Source of the DNA: Acidobacteriota bacterium
Lineage (GTDB): Bacteria; Acidobacteriota; UBA6911; JACQSX01
DNA length: 15,504 nt
NCBI GenBank assembly: GCA_036507075.1
Contig: DASXQR010000122.1
Coordinates: 1 to 15,504, forward strand
Reading direction: 5' to 3'
Below are positions 7,263 through 14,026 of this stretch, in pieces. Each line of letters begins with the position of its first letter. The stretch's first letter is position 1. The notes under the pieces were generated by a model, which was given only the letters and a program-made list of their open reading frames with translations, made no database searches and was not told the origin of the DNA. Made by a program: the position numbers and the translations under genes.

Positions 7263-7278
7263 GATCAAGGAGTGTCCC

Positions 7279-7857
7279 ATGGCTGAATACAACTTCCAGA
7301 CTCCGCTCAGTGAATCAGATGTACGCAAACTTCAGTTGGAAGACACCGTCACAATCAACGGCACCATCTTCGGCATTCGCGACGCGACGCAGATCCGCAT
7401 TTTCGACGAAGGCCAGGCGCCGCCCGCCGATCTTACCGGTTCGGTCTGCCTGCACACAGCCCCCGGTGTGCGAAAACTGCCCGATGGCAGTTACGCGAAA
7501 GTCTCGATCGGAACCACCACCAGCACGCGCATGGACCGCTTTGTTCCCGGGCTGCTGGAAAAATATGGAGTGCGCGCCATCGTGGGCAAAGGAGGATTGC
7601 TGGAGGGGAGCGCCGATGCAATGCAGCGGCACGGCGCTGTCTACCTGGCAATTGTGGGTGGAGCTGCGGCGCTGGAGACCATGCAGATCGAAGAAATTGA
7701 GAAAGTCTGGTGGGAGGATTTGATGCCGGAATGCCTCTGGAAGTTTCGCGTTCGGCAATTTGGGCCATTGATTGTGGCCATCGACGCCCACGGCAACAGC
7801 CTCTATCGCAACGTGCAGGAACAGGCAGCGGAGCGAATGAAGTCATTTGAATTCTGA
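7279..7857 (+). CDS. Fe-S hydro-lyase, tartrate dehydratase/class I fumarate hydratase beta subunit
   Basis: 'RDAT', 'GTTTSTRM', 'AIVGKGG', 'GGAAA' and 'FGPLIVAIDAHGNSL'. SD AAGGAG precedes ATG 7279. Confidence 0.92.
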   Translation: MAEYNFQTPLSESDVRKLQLEDTVTINGTIFGIRDATQIRIFDEGQAPPADLTGSVCLHTAPGVRKLPDGSYAKVSIGTTTSTRMDRFVPGLLEKYGVRAIVGKGGLLEGSADAMQRHGAVYLAIVGGAAALETMQIEEIEKVWWEDLMPECLWKFRVRQFGPLIVAIDAHGNSLYRNVQEQAAERMKSFEF

Positions 7858-7911
7858 ACCGATGCCGGTGATCACCACACAGGGGACACAGAAGAGCCCT
7901 GTGCTCTCTGT

Positions 7912-8407
7912 ACTACTAACAGCGAATTTGTTGTCGGATCGCGATGATTTTGCGCCCTTGATGAGAGCGTCAGAAAGGTCGGTCTGGCGGAAGCCCGGTT
8001 CAGCGGGCTTTTGTTTTTTGTTAGCCCCGGCTTTGAAGCCGGGGAGAGGAGCCCCAAGAATCTGACCTCAGGCCGCTTTAGCGGCCTTCATTGTCCGGCT
8101 TCAGCCATCGTCGCCAATTCCTGGCAGGATGCGGCTGGATTAGAGCAGGCCCCGGAAGGCTCAAGCCGAAAACGAAAGGCCGCTGAAGCGGCCTGGCTTG
8201 GTGGTGGGGATACCTAACCCCGGCTTAAAAGCCGGGGCTAACCGAAAAGCAAAAAGCCCGCTAAAGCGGGCTGACTGATGACCTCTTCTGGTTGCTGCTA
8301 TGCTGTCCTGCGCAACCTGTCGGCGATCTCTTGTTTTCTTGGCAAGATTCTTTAACTAATGACTAATGACCGATGACGCGTTTGGTTGCGGCCTACGGCC
8401 GCGCTAG
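7912..8407. mobile_element. Putative non-autonomous element E1 (ACTACTAAC ... TGGTTGCGGCCTACGGCCGCGCTAG) inserted in a CACCACA..TGTGGTG palindromic repeat
   Basis: Both termini are shared with 9996-10118. Removing it rejoins CTGTGCTCTCTGT|GCCTCTGTGGTG, the right arm of the repeat that starts at CACCAC 7873. Confidence 0.65.
7992..8272. repeat. REPIN-like mirror-symmetric multi-hairpin element
   Basis: Hairpins H1 7992-8009, H2 8021-8044, H3 8070-8087 and H4 8097-8106 are mirrored by H4' 8158-8167, H3' 8177-8194, H2' 8218-8241 and H1' 8255-8272. Confidence 0.85.
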
Positions 8408-9809
8408 GCCTCTGTGGTGGAGATTTTCGCGGTGGGTCACGCCGCTGGCGGTCGCGCTGGCGGTTTGGGTGGTACCCCACAGCGGCTACTCCCCAAAAAC
8501 ATGGGGCCTGCTCTCCATTTTTGCCGCCACCATTGCGGGAATCATCACACAGCCTCTCCCCTCAGGCGCAATCGTCCTGATCGGGATAACGGTAGCCAAT
8601 CTTTCCGGAGTTCTCACCATTCAGCAGACGCTTTCCGGTTTCGGCAATTCCACGGTCTGGCTGATTGTGGCCGCCTTCATGTTCGCCCGCGGTTTTATCC
8701 AGACAGGACTGGGTGAGCGCATCGCCTATATCTTCATTGATAAGTTCGCCGCCGGTCCTCTCCGGCTTGGTTATTCACTGGTGATGGCGGATCTGGTGAT
8801 GGCGCCGGTTACCGCATCCAACACGGCACGCGCCGGAGGAGTGCTGTTTCCGGTGGTGCAGAGCATCGCGCGCGTCTTTGATTCCCATCCCGGCCCCACC
8901 GCGGGCCGAATCGGCGCATTCCTGATGCTGCTGGTTTTTCATGGTGACGTGGTCGTCTCCGCGATGTTTCTCACATCGATGGCGGGAAACATACTGTTGG
9001 CGGGCCTGGCGGCGCAGGCCGGAGTAACGGTCCCCTGGGTGACGTGGATGCTGGCGGCGCTTGTCCCCGGCGCGGCGGCGCTGGCGCTGGTGCCTTACGC
9101 GGTCTTCCGGCTGTTTCCTCCCGAGTTGCGCGAGACGGAACCGGCGCGGCGTTTTGCCGCGGAGCGGCTGGCGGAAATCGGTTCGCTGACCGCCAGGGAG
9201 AATCGCATGCTGGCGGTTTTTGGGCTGGTGCTTTCGCTCTGGATCACCGGCACCTGGCATCAGATCTCAGCCACATCGGTTGCCTTTCTTGGAATCGTCT
9301 TGCTCCTGATTTTTCGAGTCCTGCAGTGGAAAGAAGTACTGGAAGAGAAGGGCGCATGGGATGCGCTGATCTGGTTTGGCGGTTTGGTCATGCTGGCCGA
9401 AAAGCTCAATGAGGCGGGGCTGATGAAGGCCTTTGCCGCTCGCGCCTCACTGCTGGTTCAGGGATGGACCGGAGTGGCCGCGCTTGTGCTGTTGCTGCTG
9501 ATATACTTTTTTGCCCACTACGCATTCGCCGGAAACACCGCTTACGTGACGGCAATATTTCCGGCATTCTTTGCCGTTGCGATTTCCTGCGGCGCTCCTC
9601 CCGTTCTTTCCGCGCTCGCGTTTGGATTCTTTACCAACATCAGCTCCGGCCTGACGCATTACGGCACCGCTCCCGGAGTGATTTATTTCGGCGCCGGTTT
9701 TGTAACACAAACCCAGTGGTGGAAGCTGGGATTCATCCTCTGCTCCCTGCAGTGCCTGATCTGGCTTGCCATCGGGCTGCCATGGTGGAAGCTGATGGGA
9801 TTGTGGTGA
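8373..9809 (+). CDS. DASS (SLC13) family anion transporter, CitT/TtdT-like
   Basis: 'TGLGERIAY', 'PVTASNTARAGGVLFP', 'SAMFLTSMAGN', 'AWDALIWFGGLV' and 'LTHYGTAPGVIYFGAGF'. Start codon uncertain because it lies inside repeat DNA. Confidence 0.92.
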   Translation: MTRLVAAYGRARPLWWRFSRWVTPLAVALAVWVVPHSGYSPKTWGLLSIFAATIAGIITQPLPSGAIVLIGITVANLSGVLTIQQTLSGFGNSTVWLIVAAFMFARGFIQTGLGERIAYIFIDKFAAGPLRLGYSLVMADLVMAPVTASNTARAGGVLFPVVQSIARVFDSHPGPTAGRIGAFLMLLVFHGDVVVSAMFLTSMAGNILLAGLAAQAGVTVPWVTWMLAALVPGAAALALVPYAVFRLFPPELRETEPARRFAAERLAEIGSLTARENRMLAVFGLVLSLWITGTWHQISATSVAFLGIVLLLIFRVLQWKEVLEEKGAWDALIWFGGLVMLAEKLNEAGLMKAFAARASLLVQGWTGVAALVLLLLIYFFAHYAFAGNTAYVTAIFPAFFAVAISCGAPPVLSALAFGFFTNISSGLTHYGTAPGVIYFGAGFVTQTQWWKLGFILCSLQCLIWLAIGLPWWKLMGLW

Positions 9810-9848
9810 CCGGAAAAAGCTTCACCGCGAAGGCGCAAAAGCGCGAAA

Positions 9849-9923
<75 letters not shown>

Positions 9924-9940
9924 TCGCGGCTGGGAATGAA

Positions 9941-9970
9941 ATTATAGAAGATGGGCAAATTCGAAGTCAA
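9941..9970 (-). promoter_or_regulatory. sigma70 promoter of tRNA-Gly
   Basis: Minus strand TTGACT (9970-9965), 18-bp spacer, TATAAT (9946-9941), 17 nt upstream of the tRNA 5' end. Confidence 0.75.
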
Positions 9971-9980
9971 TTGCAGGCGA

Positions 9981-10168
9981 CTTAGTGTCCTTTGTACTAC
10001 TAACCATGAGAATTTTCGCGGCCTGCGCAAATTATTCGGGAGCGGAGAGACGGCCTGAGGGCCGTCTCAGCTTGGCAGGACACCTCCTTGACTTTTGGTT
10101 GCGGCTTCGCCGCGCTAAGCCTTTGTGGTTTAAAAGCCTTTCACCACAAAGGCACAAAGGACACCAAG
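9981..10168. repeat. ACCACAAAG-type palindrome interrupted by element E2
   Basis: Rejoined left arm CTTAGTGTCCTTTGT|GCCTTTGTGGT matches the reverse complement of the right arm ACCACAAAGGCACAAAGGACACCAAG (10143-10168) at 25/26. Confidence 0.85.
9996..10118. mobile_element. Putative non-autonomous element E2 (123 bp; ACTACTAAC ... TGGTTGCGGCTTCGCCGCGCTAA)
   Basis: Cleanly interrupts the palindrome arm with no target duplication. Internal hairpin GAGACGGCC-TGAG-GGCCGTCTC at 10047-10068. Ends shared with E1. Confidence 0.72.
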
Positions 10169-10174
10169 ATACTC

Positions 10175-10203
10175 GTGACATTCCCTCCCTGCTGGTTGAC
10201 AAT
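10175..10203 (+). promoter_or_regulatory. Possible promoter giving a leaderless mRNA for the second DASS gene
   Basis: GTGACA, 17-bp spacer, GACAAT, 8 nt before ATG 10212. No SD. Confidence 0.25.
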
Positions 10204-10211
10204 CTGCTTGC

Positions 10212-11615
10212 ATGCTGCGCACGCTCCTGTTCGAAATCGAAAAGCGCATCTGGCTGCTGGTCGGGTTTGTATGCGTGCTGATCATTCAATGGCTTCCGAC
10301 ACCCGCCGGCCTGACCTTCCAGGGAAAGCAGATGCTGGCGATCGTTTTTTTTGCCATCATACTCTACGTCACCGAACCAATACCGCTGCCGGGCGTTGCC
10401 ACGCTGATCGTGGTGCTGCAGGCGCTCTATCGCATTGAGACGCCGCAGGAGCTGGCGCGCTCGCTGATGAGCGACTCCCTGCTTTTCATCATCTCCACAC
10501 TGATGCTCGCAGCGGCCGTGATCAAACAGAACCTGGACCAGCGGATGCTATGGTTTCTGCTCAATTTTACCGGGCCGAATATCTCCGCTGTGATTCTCGG
10601 GTTTGTGACCGTGTGCGCGCTGCTCACGTCGTTTCTGGGTGAATCGGCCACCGCCTCGATTATGCTGCCGGTCGCCCTGGTGCTGGTCCAGCTCTTTTCC
10701 GAGCGAAGCCGCGAAGCCCCCCGCTTTTCACCGGCGCTGTTGTTCAGCATCGCGTGCGGGTGTGCCTTTTCGGGTTTTGGCACCCCTTCCGGAGGCGCCC
10801 GGAACGCCATCATGATGGATTACTGGCAGCGTCTCAGCACGGTTCGGATGAGCTACCTTCATTGGATTCAATATGCCTACCCGCTGCTGCTGGTGCAATT
10901 GCCGCTGCTCTATTTTGCGGTGCGAAGTTCTTTTCGCTACCAGGAAACCGATGTATTCGAACCGATGGTGCTGCTGCGTCGCAAGGTGCGCGAGATGGAG
11001 CGCCTCAATGCCAGGGACTACCTCACCATCGGTGTTCTGATCCTCACTATTCTCATCTGGATGACTTCCAGCGCCACCTGGGGTCTGGGCATCCCCGGGA
11101 TCGTCGGGGTGAGCCTGATGATGATCTTTGGCATTCTGGATTGGGAAGATGTCAATCACCGCGTCAATTGGGGAGTGGTGATGCTGTACGCGGGAAGCGT
11201 CTCTATGGGTGTAGGCGTCTACATCAGCGGAGCCGCGGACTGGCTGGGTGCGTGGCTCACCAATTTCCTGGCGCGCACCGGCTTTACACATGGAACGGTG
11301 CTTCACTTTTGCATCGGCCTGATAGCGATGGCCATGTCAAGCCTGGTGGGAACAGCGGGCGCGGTCGCCATTCTGGGTCCGGTGGTGCTTCGACTGAGCG
11401 CGCTTACGCAAAACAATCCCATTATTCTGGGAATGATTCTGGTGATCACTGCGGCGGCGGCGAATTTCACGCCCATGAGTTCTCCCGCCTGCACCATTGT
11501 GTATGGGAGCGGCCGCGTGCGCGCGCGCGACTACCTGCGCGTGGGCTGGAAAATGAGTCTGATTTCTTTTGGTTTGGTGTTAGTCTTTGCCAGATATATC
11601 TGGCCGCGCTTCTGA
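10212..11615 (+). CDS. DASS (SLC13) family sodium:dicarboxylate/sulfate symporter-like transporter
   Basis: 'LPTPAGLTFQG', 'TEPIP', 'TASIMLPV', 'GFGTPSGGARNAI', 'VNWGVVMLYAG' and 'PMSSPACTIVYGSG'. Many hydrophobic helices. Confidence 0.88.
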   Translation: MLRTLLFEIEKRIWLLVGFVCVLIIQWLPTPAGLTFQGKQMLAIVFFAIILYVTEPIPLPGVATLIVVLQALYRIETPQELARSLMSDSLLFIISTLMLAAAVIKQNLDQRMLWFLLNFTGPNISAVILGFVTVCALLTSFLGESATASIMLPVALVLVQLFSERSREAPRFSPALLFSIACGCAFSGFGTPSGGARNAIMMDYWQRLSTVRMSYLHWIQYAYPLLLVQLPLLYFAVRSSFRYQETDVFEPMVLLRRKVREMERLNARDYLTIGVLILTILIWMTSSATWGLGIPGIVGVSLMMIFGILDWEDVNHRVNWGVVMLYAGSVSMGVGVYISGAADWLGAWLTNFLARTGFTHGTVLHFCIGLIAMAMSSLVGTAGAVAILGPVVLRLSALTQNNPIILGMILVITAAAANFTPMSSPACTIVYGSGRVRARDYLRVGWKMSLISFGLVLVFARYIWPRF

Positions 11616-11618
11616 CTT

Positions 11619-12545
11619 ATGAAACTGCTCGTTTGTATCGGAGGAGAAGTTTTCTCCACTGCAACCGTGCGGCTTGCCGTGGAGTTTGCCGCCAGGTTGC
11701 AGGCCGATCTTTCCATCCTTTATGTGGGAAGCCCCATCACACAGTTCCACCAAAAAGAAGTGCAACTGGCCAAGGAAAAACTGGCGCAGTGGATGATCGA
11801 AACGCCTGAAATGAAGGTCCTCAATTCGGCGCTCGATATTTTACGCGAGATGAATTTCCTGAAGCTGGACAATCAGGGACAACTCAACATCCGCCACGGA
11901 TTCAAGCCCGAAATCAGCGGCGCCTTTGAGTTCCATCTTTACGGAAGCCTGGGTCAAAACGTGCGGTTTCGGTACCGCGAAGGCGAGATCGTGGATAACA
12001 TCCGCAAAGAAACGGAGCAGGTTCACTACGATCTGGTTTTTGTCGGCGCCAGCCAGAAGCGCCGGCTGGTGCACCGTATCCTGCAGTTTGTCCCCAGCAA
12101 CACGATGATGATCAAAAAGGGAGCGACGCATCCGGAAAAATTCCTGCTGTGCGTGAAGCGTTCCAAATCGTCGCGCTCCGCGGCGTGGTTTACCATCCAG
12201 ATCGCGCAGTTGCTTTCCATGCCGATTGAAATCCTCGCCACGACCCGCTTCCCGGCCAAGGTGGCGCGGCTCAAGGTAATGACCGACCGTTACATGAAGG
12301 TGTGCGAACGGTATCAGATTCCCAGCAGCAGTTACGTACGCGTCGGCGGATTGGAGGATGCTGTGATGCAGGTTGCCACGCCGCTGCACCTGGTTGTGAT
12401 GGGTCCCAGCCGGGTGAATGAGCTGATGCAGTATTTCTTCGGCAGCCTGCCCGTGAAAATCTCGCAAAAAGTAAACGCCTCCATTCTGCTGGTCAAAGAA
12501 GAGCGCAAAGAAGAGTTGAAGAACCTGCTGCAAAGACCGGCCTGA
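11619..12545 (+). CDS. Universal stress protein with tandem USP domains
   Basis: 'KLLVCIGG..S..AVEFA..LQADLSILYV', 'YDLVFVGA', and second domain 'LVVMGPS...FFGSLPVKISQKVNASILLVK'. Starts 3 bp after the DASS stop. Confidence 0.8.
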   Translation: MKLLVCIGGEVFSTATVRLAVEFAARLQADLSILYVGSPITQFHQKEVQLAKEKLAQWMIETPEMKVLNSALDILREMNFLKLDNQGQLNIRHGFKPEISGAFEFHLYGSLGQNVRFRYREGEIVDNIRKETEQVHYDLVFVGASQKRRLVHRILQFVPSNTMMIKKGATHPEKFLLCVKRSKSSRSAAWFTIQIAQLLSMPIEILATTRFPAKVARLKVMTDRYMKVCERYQIPSSSYVRVGGLEDAVMQVATPLHLVVMGPSRVNELMQYFFGSLPVKISQKVNASILLVKEERKEELKNLLQRPA

Positions 12546-12564
12546 AGATTAGTTTCTCAGTTGA

Positions 12565-12625
12565 TCAGTCTGTCAGTCCATCAGTCTGTCAGTCCATCAG
12601 TCTGTCAGTCGATCAGTCTGTCAGT
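12565..12625. repeat. Octamer tandem repeat (TCAGTCTG/TCAGTCCA)n
   Basis: TCAGTCTG TCAGTCCA TCAGTCTG TCAGTCCA TCAGTCTG TCAGTCGA TCAGTCTG TCAGT. Confidence 0.9.
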
Positions 12626-12728
12626 TCCTCCGTTCCCCATAATCCCAGCCCGACAGTTTGAATTCACAGAACCACTGAAGAATGGGGGAAGCGTCTGCTT
12701 GAGGCTAATTCGTAGAAGCACTTACACG

Positions 12729-13410
12729 AGGCCCGAAGGGCCGCAAGGAAATAGCCCCGGCCGTCAGGCCGGGGAGCCCGGGTTAATAGCACCGAGCGCC
12801 GAAGGCGCGGCACTCGCAGCGAGCCCACAAAAATTTTGTCGCAGATTTTCAAGCTGGCCGGTTATGTAGATCATGGCTGGCAAATACATCTCGGCGAATC
12901 TTCATTTCGTCTGGAGCACAAAAGAGCGCAGGCAGCTGCTGAATCCGGAGTGGGAAGAACGTCTTTACGCCTACATTGGCGCCATCGTTTCGGCAAAGGG
13001 AGGCAAACTGATGGCCTGTGGAGGACAACCCGATCATATTCATCCCTATGTGTCCATGCCTTCCACTCTCTCGATAGCCGAGATGGTCAATGCCATCAAA
13101 TCAAATTCTACAAGATGGGTCCGGAGGATGTTTGACAGAAGATTTCAGTGGCAGGAGGGTTACGGAGCTTTCAGCGTGAGTAAATCGGTCGAGCAGACGG
13201 TCATTAGTTACATCAAGAACCAGGACAAGCACCACAAGCGAATCGATTTTAAGCGGGAGTTCCTGGCTTTACTGAAACGCCACGGCATTGCCTACGATCC
13301 TCGCCATATTTGGGATTGAGCGGAGGGTGTCGCGCCTTCGGCGCTCGGTGGTATGAATACACCTCCCCGGCCTGACGGCCGGGGCTATTTCCTTGCGGCC
13401 CTTCGGGCCT
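12729..13410. mobile_element. Y1/HUH transposase cassette bounded by about 85-bp inverted three-hairpin arms (REPtron/IS200-like)
   Basis: Arms at 12729-12813 and 13327-13410. 12729-12776 is a perfect 48-bp inverted match to 13363-13410, plus a 23/24 inner match. Confidence 0.8.
12873..13319 (+). CDS. tnpA: IS200/IS605-family Y1 (HUH) transposase TnpA
   Basis: 'HFVWSTKER', HUH motif 'DHIH', 'FQWQEGYGAFSVS' and catalytic Tyr in 'YIKNQDKHH'. Confidence 0.93.
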   Translation: MAGKYISANLHFVWSTKERRQLLNPEWEERLYAYIGAIVSAKGGKLMACGGQPDHIHPYVSMPSTLSIAEMVNAIKSNSTRWVRRMFDRRFQWQEGYGAFSVSKSVEQTVISYIKNQDKHHKRIDFKREFLALLKRHGIAYDPRHIWD

Positions 13411-13472
13411 GGAGGACCAGCGTTGAACATATCTTACAAATACGCCCTGCGGTGTGCCAAGCACCCTGCGTT

Positions 13473-13524
13473 TTAGCTATTAGCCAAGAGTTGAAAAGCT
13501 AAGAGCCGATAGCTGAGAGCTAAG
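13473..13524. repeat. Degenerate AGC-containing heptamer repeats
   Basis: TTAGCTATTAGCC ... AAAGCTA AGAGCCG ATAGCTG AGAGCTA AGA. Confidence 0.5.
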
Positions 13525-13533
13525 ACCAGCCCT

Positions 13534-13968
13534 ATGTCGTTACCCAGACTCTGGAGGCGAACAAAACGACAATTTCGGCGCTCGTTGCATCGACGGGCGC
13601 ACAAGCTCAGGCGGCGTCTGGCGCCTCGGGTGGGGAGCATTGGGGAAACGATTGCCCTAAGGTTTCTGCTGAAGAACGGATTCGATGTGCTGGCGCGAAA
13701 CTTCCGCATCGGAAAGGGGGAGCTTGACCTGATTGCCTACCAGGGAGAAGAGTTGGTGTTCGTCGAAATCAAGACACGGTCCCGTGCCGACGATTTTGCG
13801 CCGCAACTGGCGGTGACTCCGGCCAAGGAGGAACAAATCTTGCGCCTGGCCCGGGCATTCCGGCATCGGTATGGGCTGGAAGAAATGCCGGTTCGGTTTG
13901 ACGTGGTGGCGGTGACGTTGCGAGAAGAGCGGGAACCGAAAGTGGAGCATTTCGTAAAAGCGTTTTGA
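13534..13968 (+). CDS. yraN: YraN family (UPF0102) putative PD-(D/E)xK nuclease
   Basis: 'GETIALRFLLKNGFDVLARNFR..GELDLIA..LVFVEIKTR' and 'RFDVVAV'. Confidence 0.92.
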   Translation: MSLPRLWRRTKRQFRRSLHRRAHKLRRRLAPRVGSIGETIALRFLLKNGFDVLARNFRIGKGELDLIAYQGEELVFVEIKTRSRADDFAPQLAVTPAKEEQILRLARAFRHRYGLEEMPVRFDVVAVTLREEREPKVEHFVKAF

Positions 13969-13970
13969 AA

Positions 13971-14026
13971 ACCACAAAGACACAAAGGACACGAAGATCA
14001 TTTTGTGTTCTTTGTGCCTTTGTGGT
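13971..14026. repeat. ACCACAAAG-type palindrome between convergent yraN and lat (possible bidirectional terminator-like role)
   Basis: ACCACAAAGACACAAAGGACACGAAG ... TTTGTGTTCTTTGTGCCTTTGTGGT. This intact copy shows the uninterrupted TTTGT-GCCTTTG junction. Confidence 0.85.

Noticed and set aside
8383..8407. Helitron-like 3' end (hairpin plus CTAG/CTAA)
   Set aside because: The resemblance is superficial. The 5' end is not TC, insertion is not at A^T, and no RepHel gene is present. Retained only as an unclassified element.
13534..13630. Arg-rich YraN N-terminal extension as a Tat signal
   Set aside because: No hydrophobic h-region follows the arginines.
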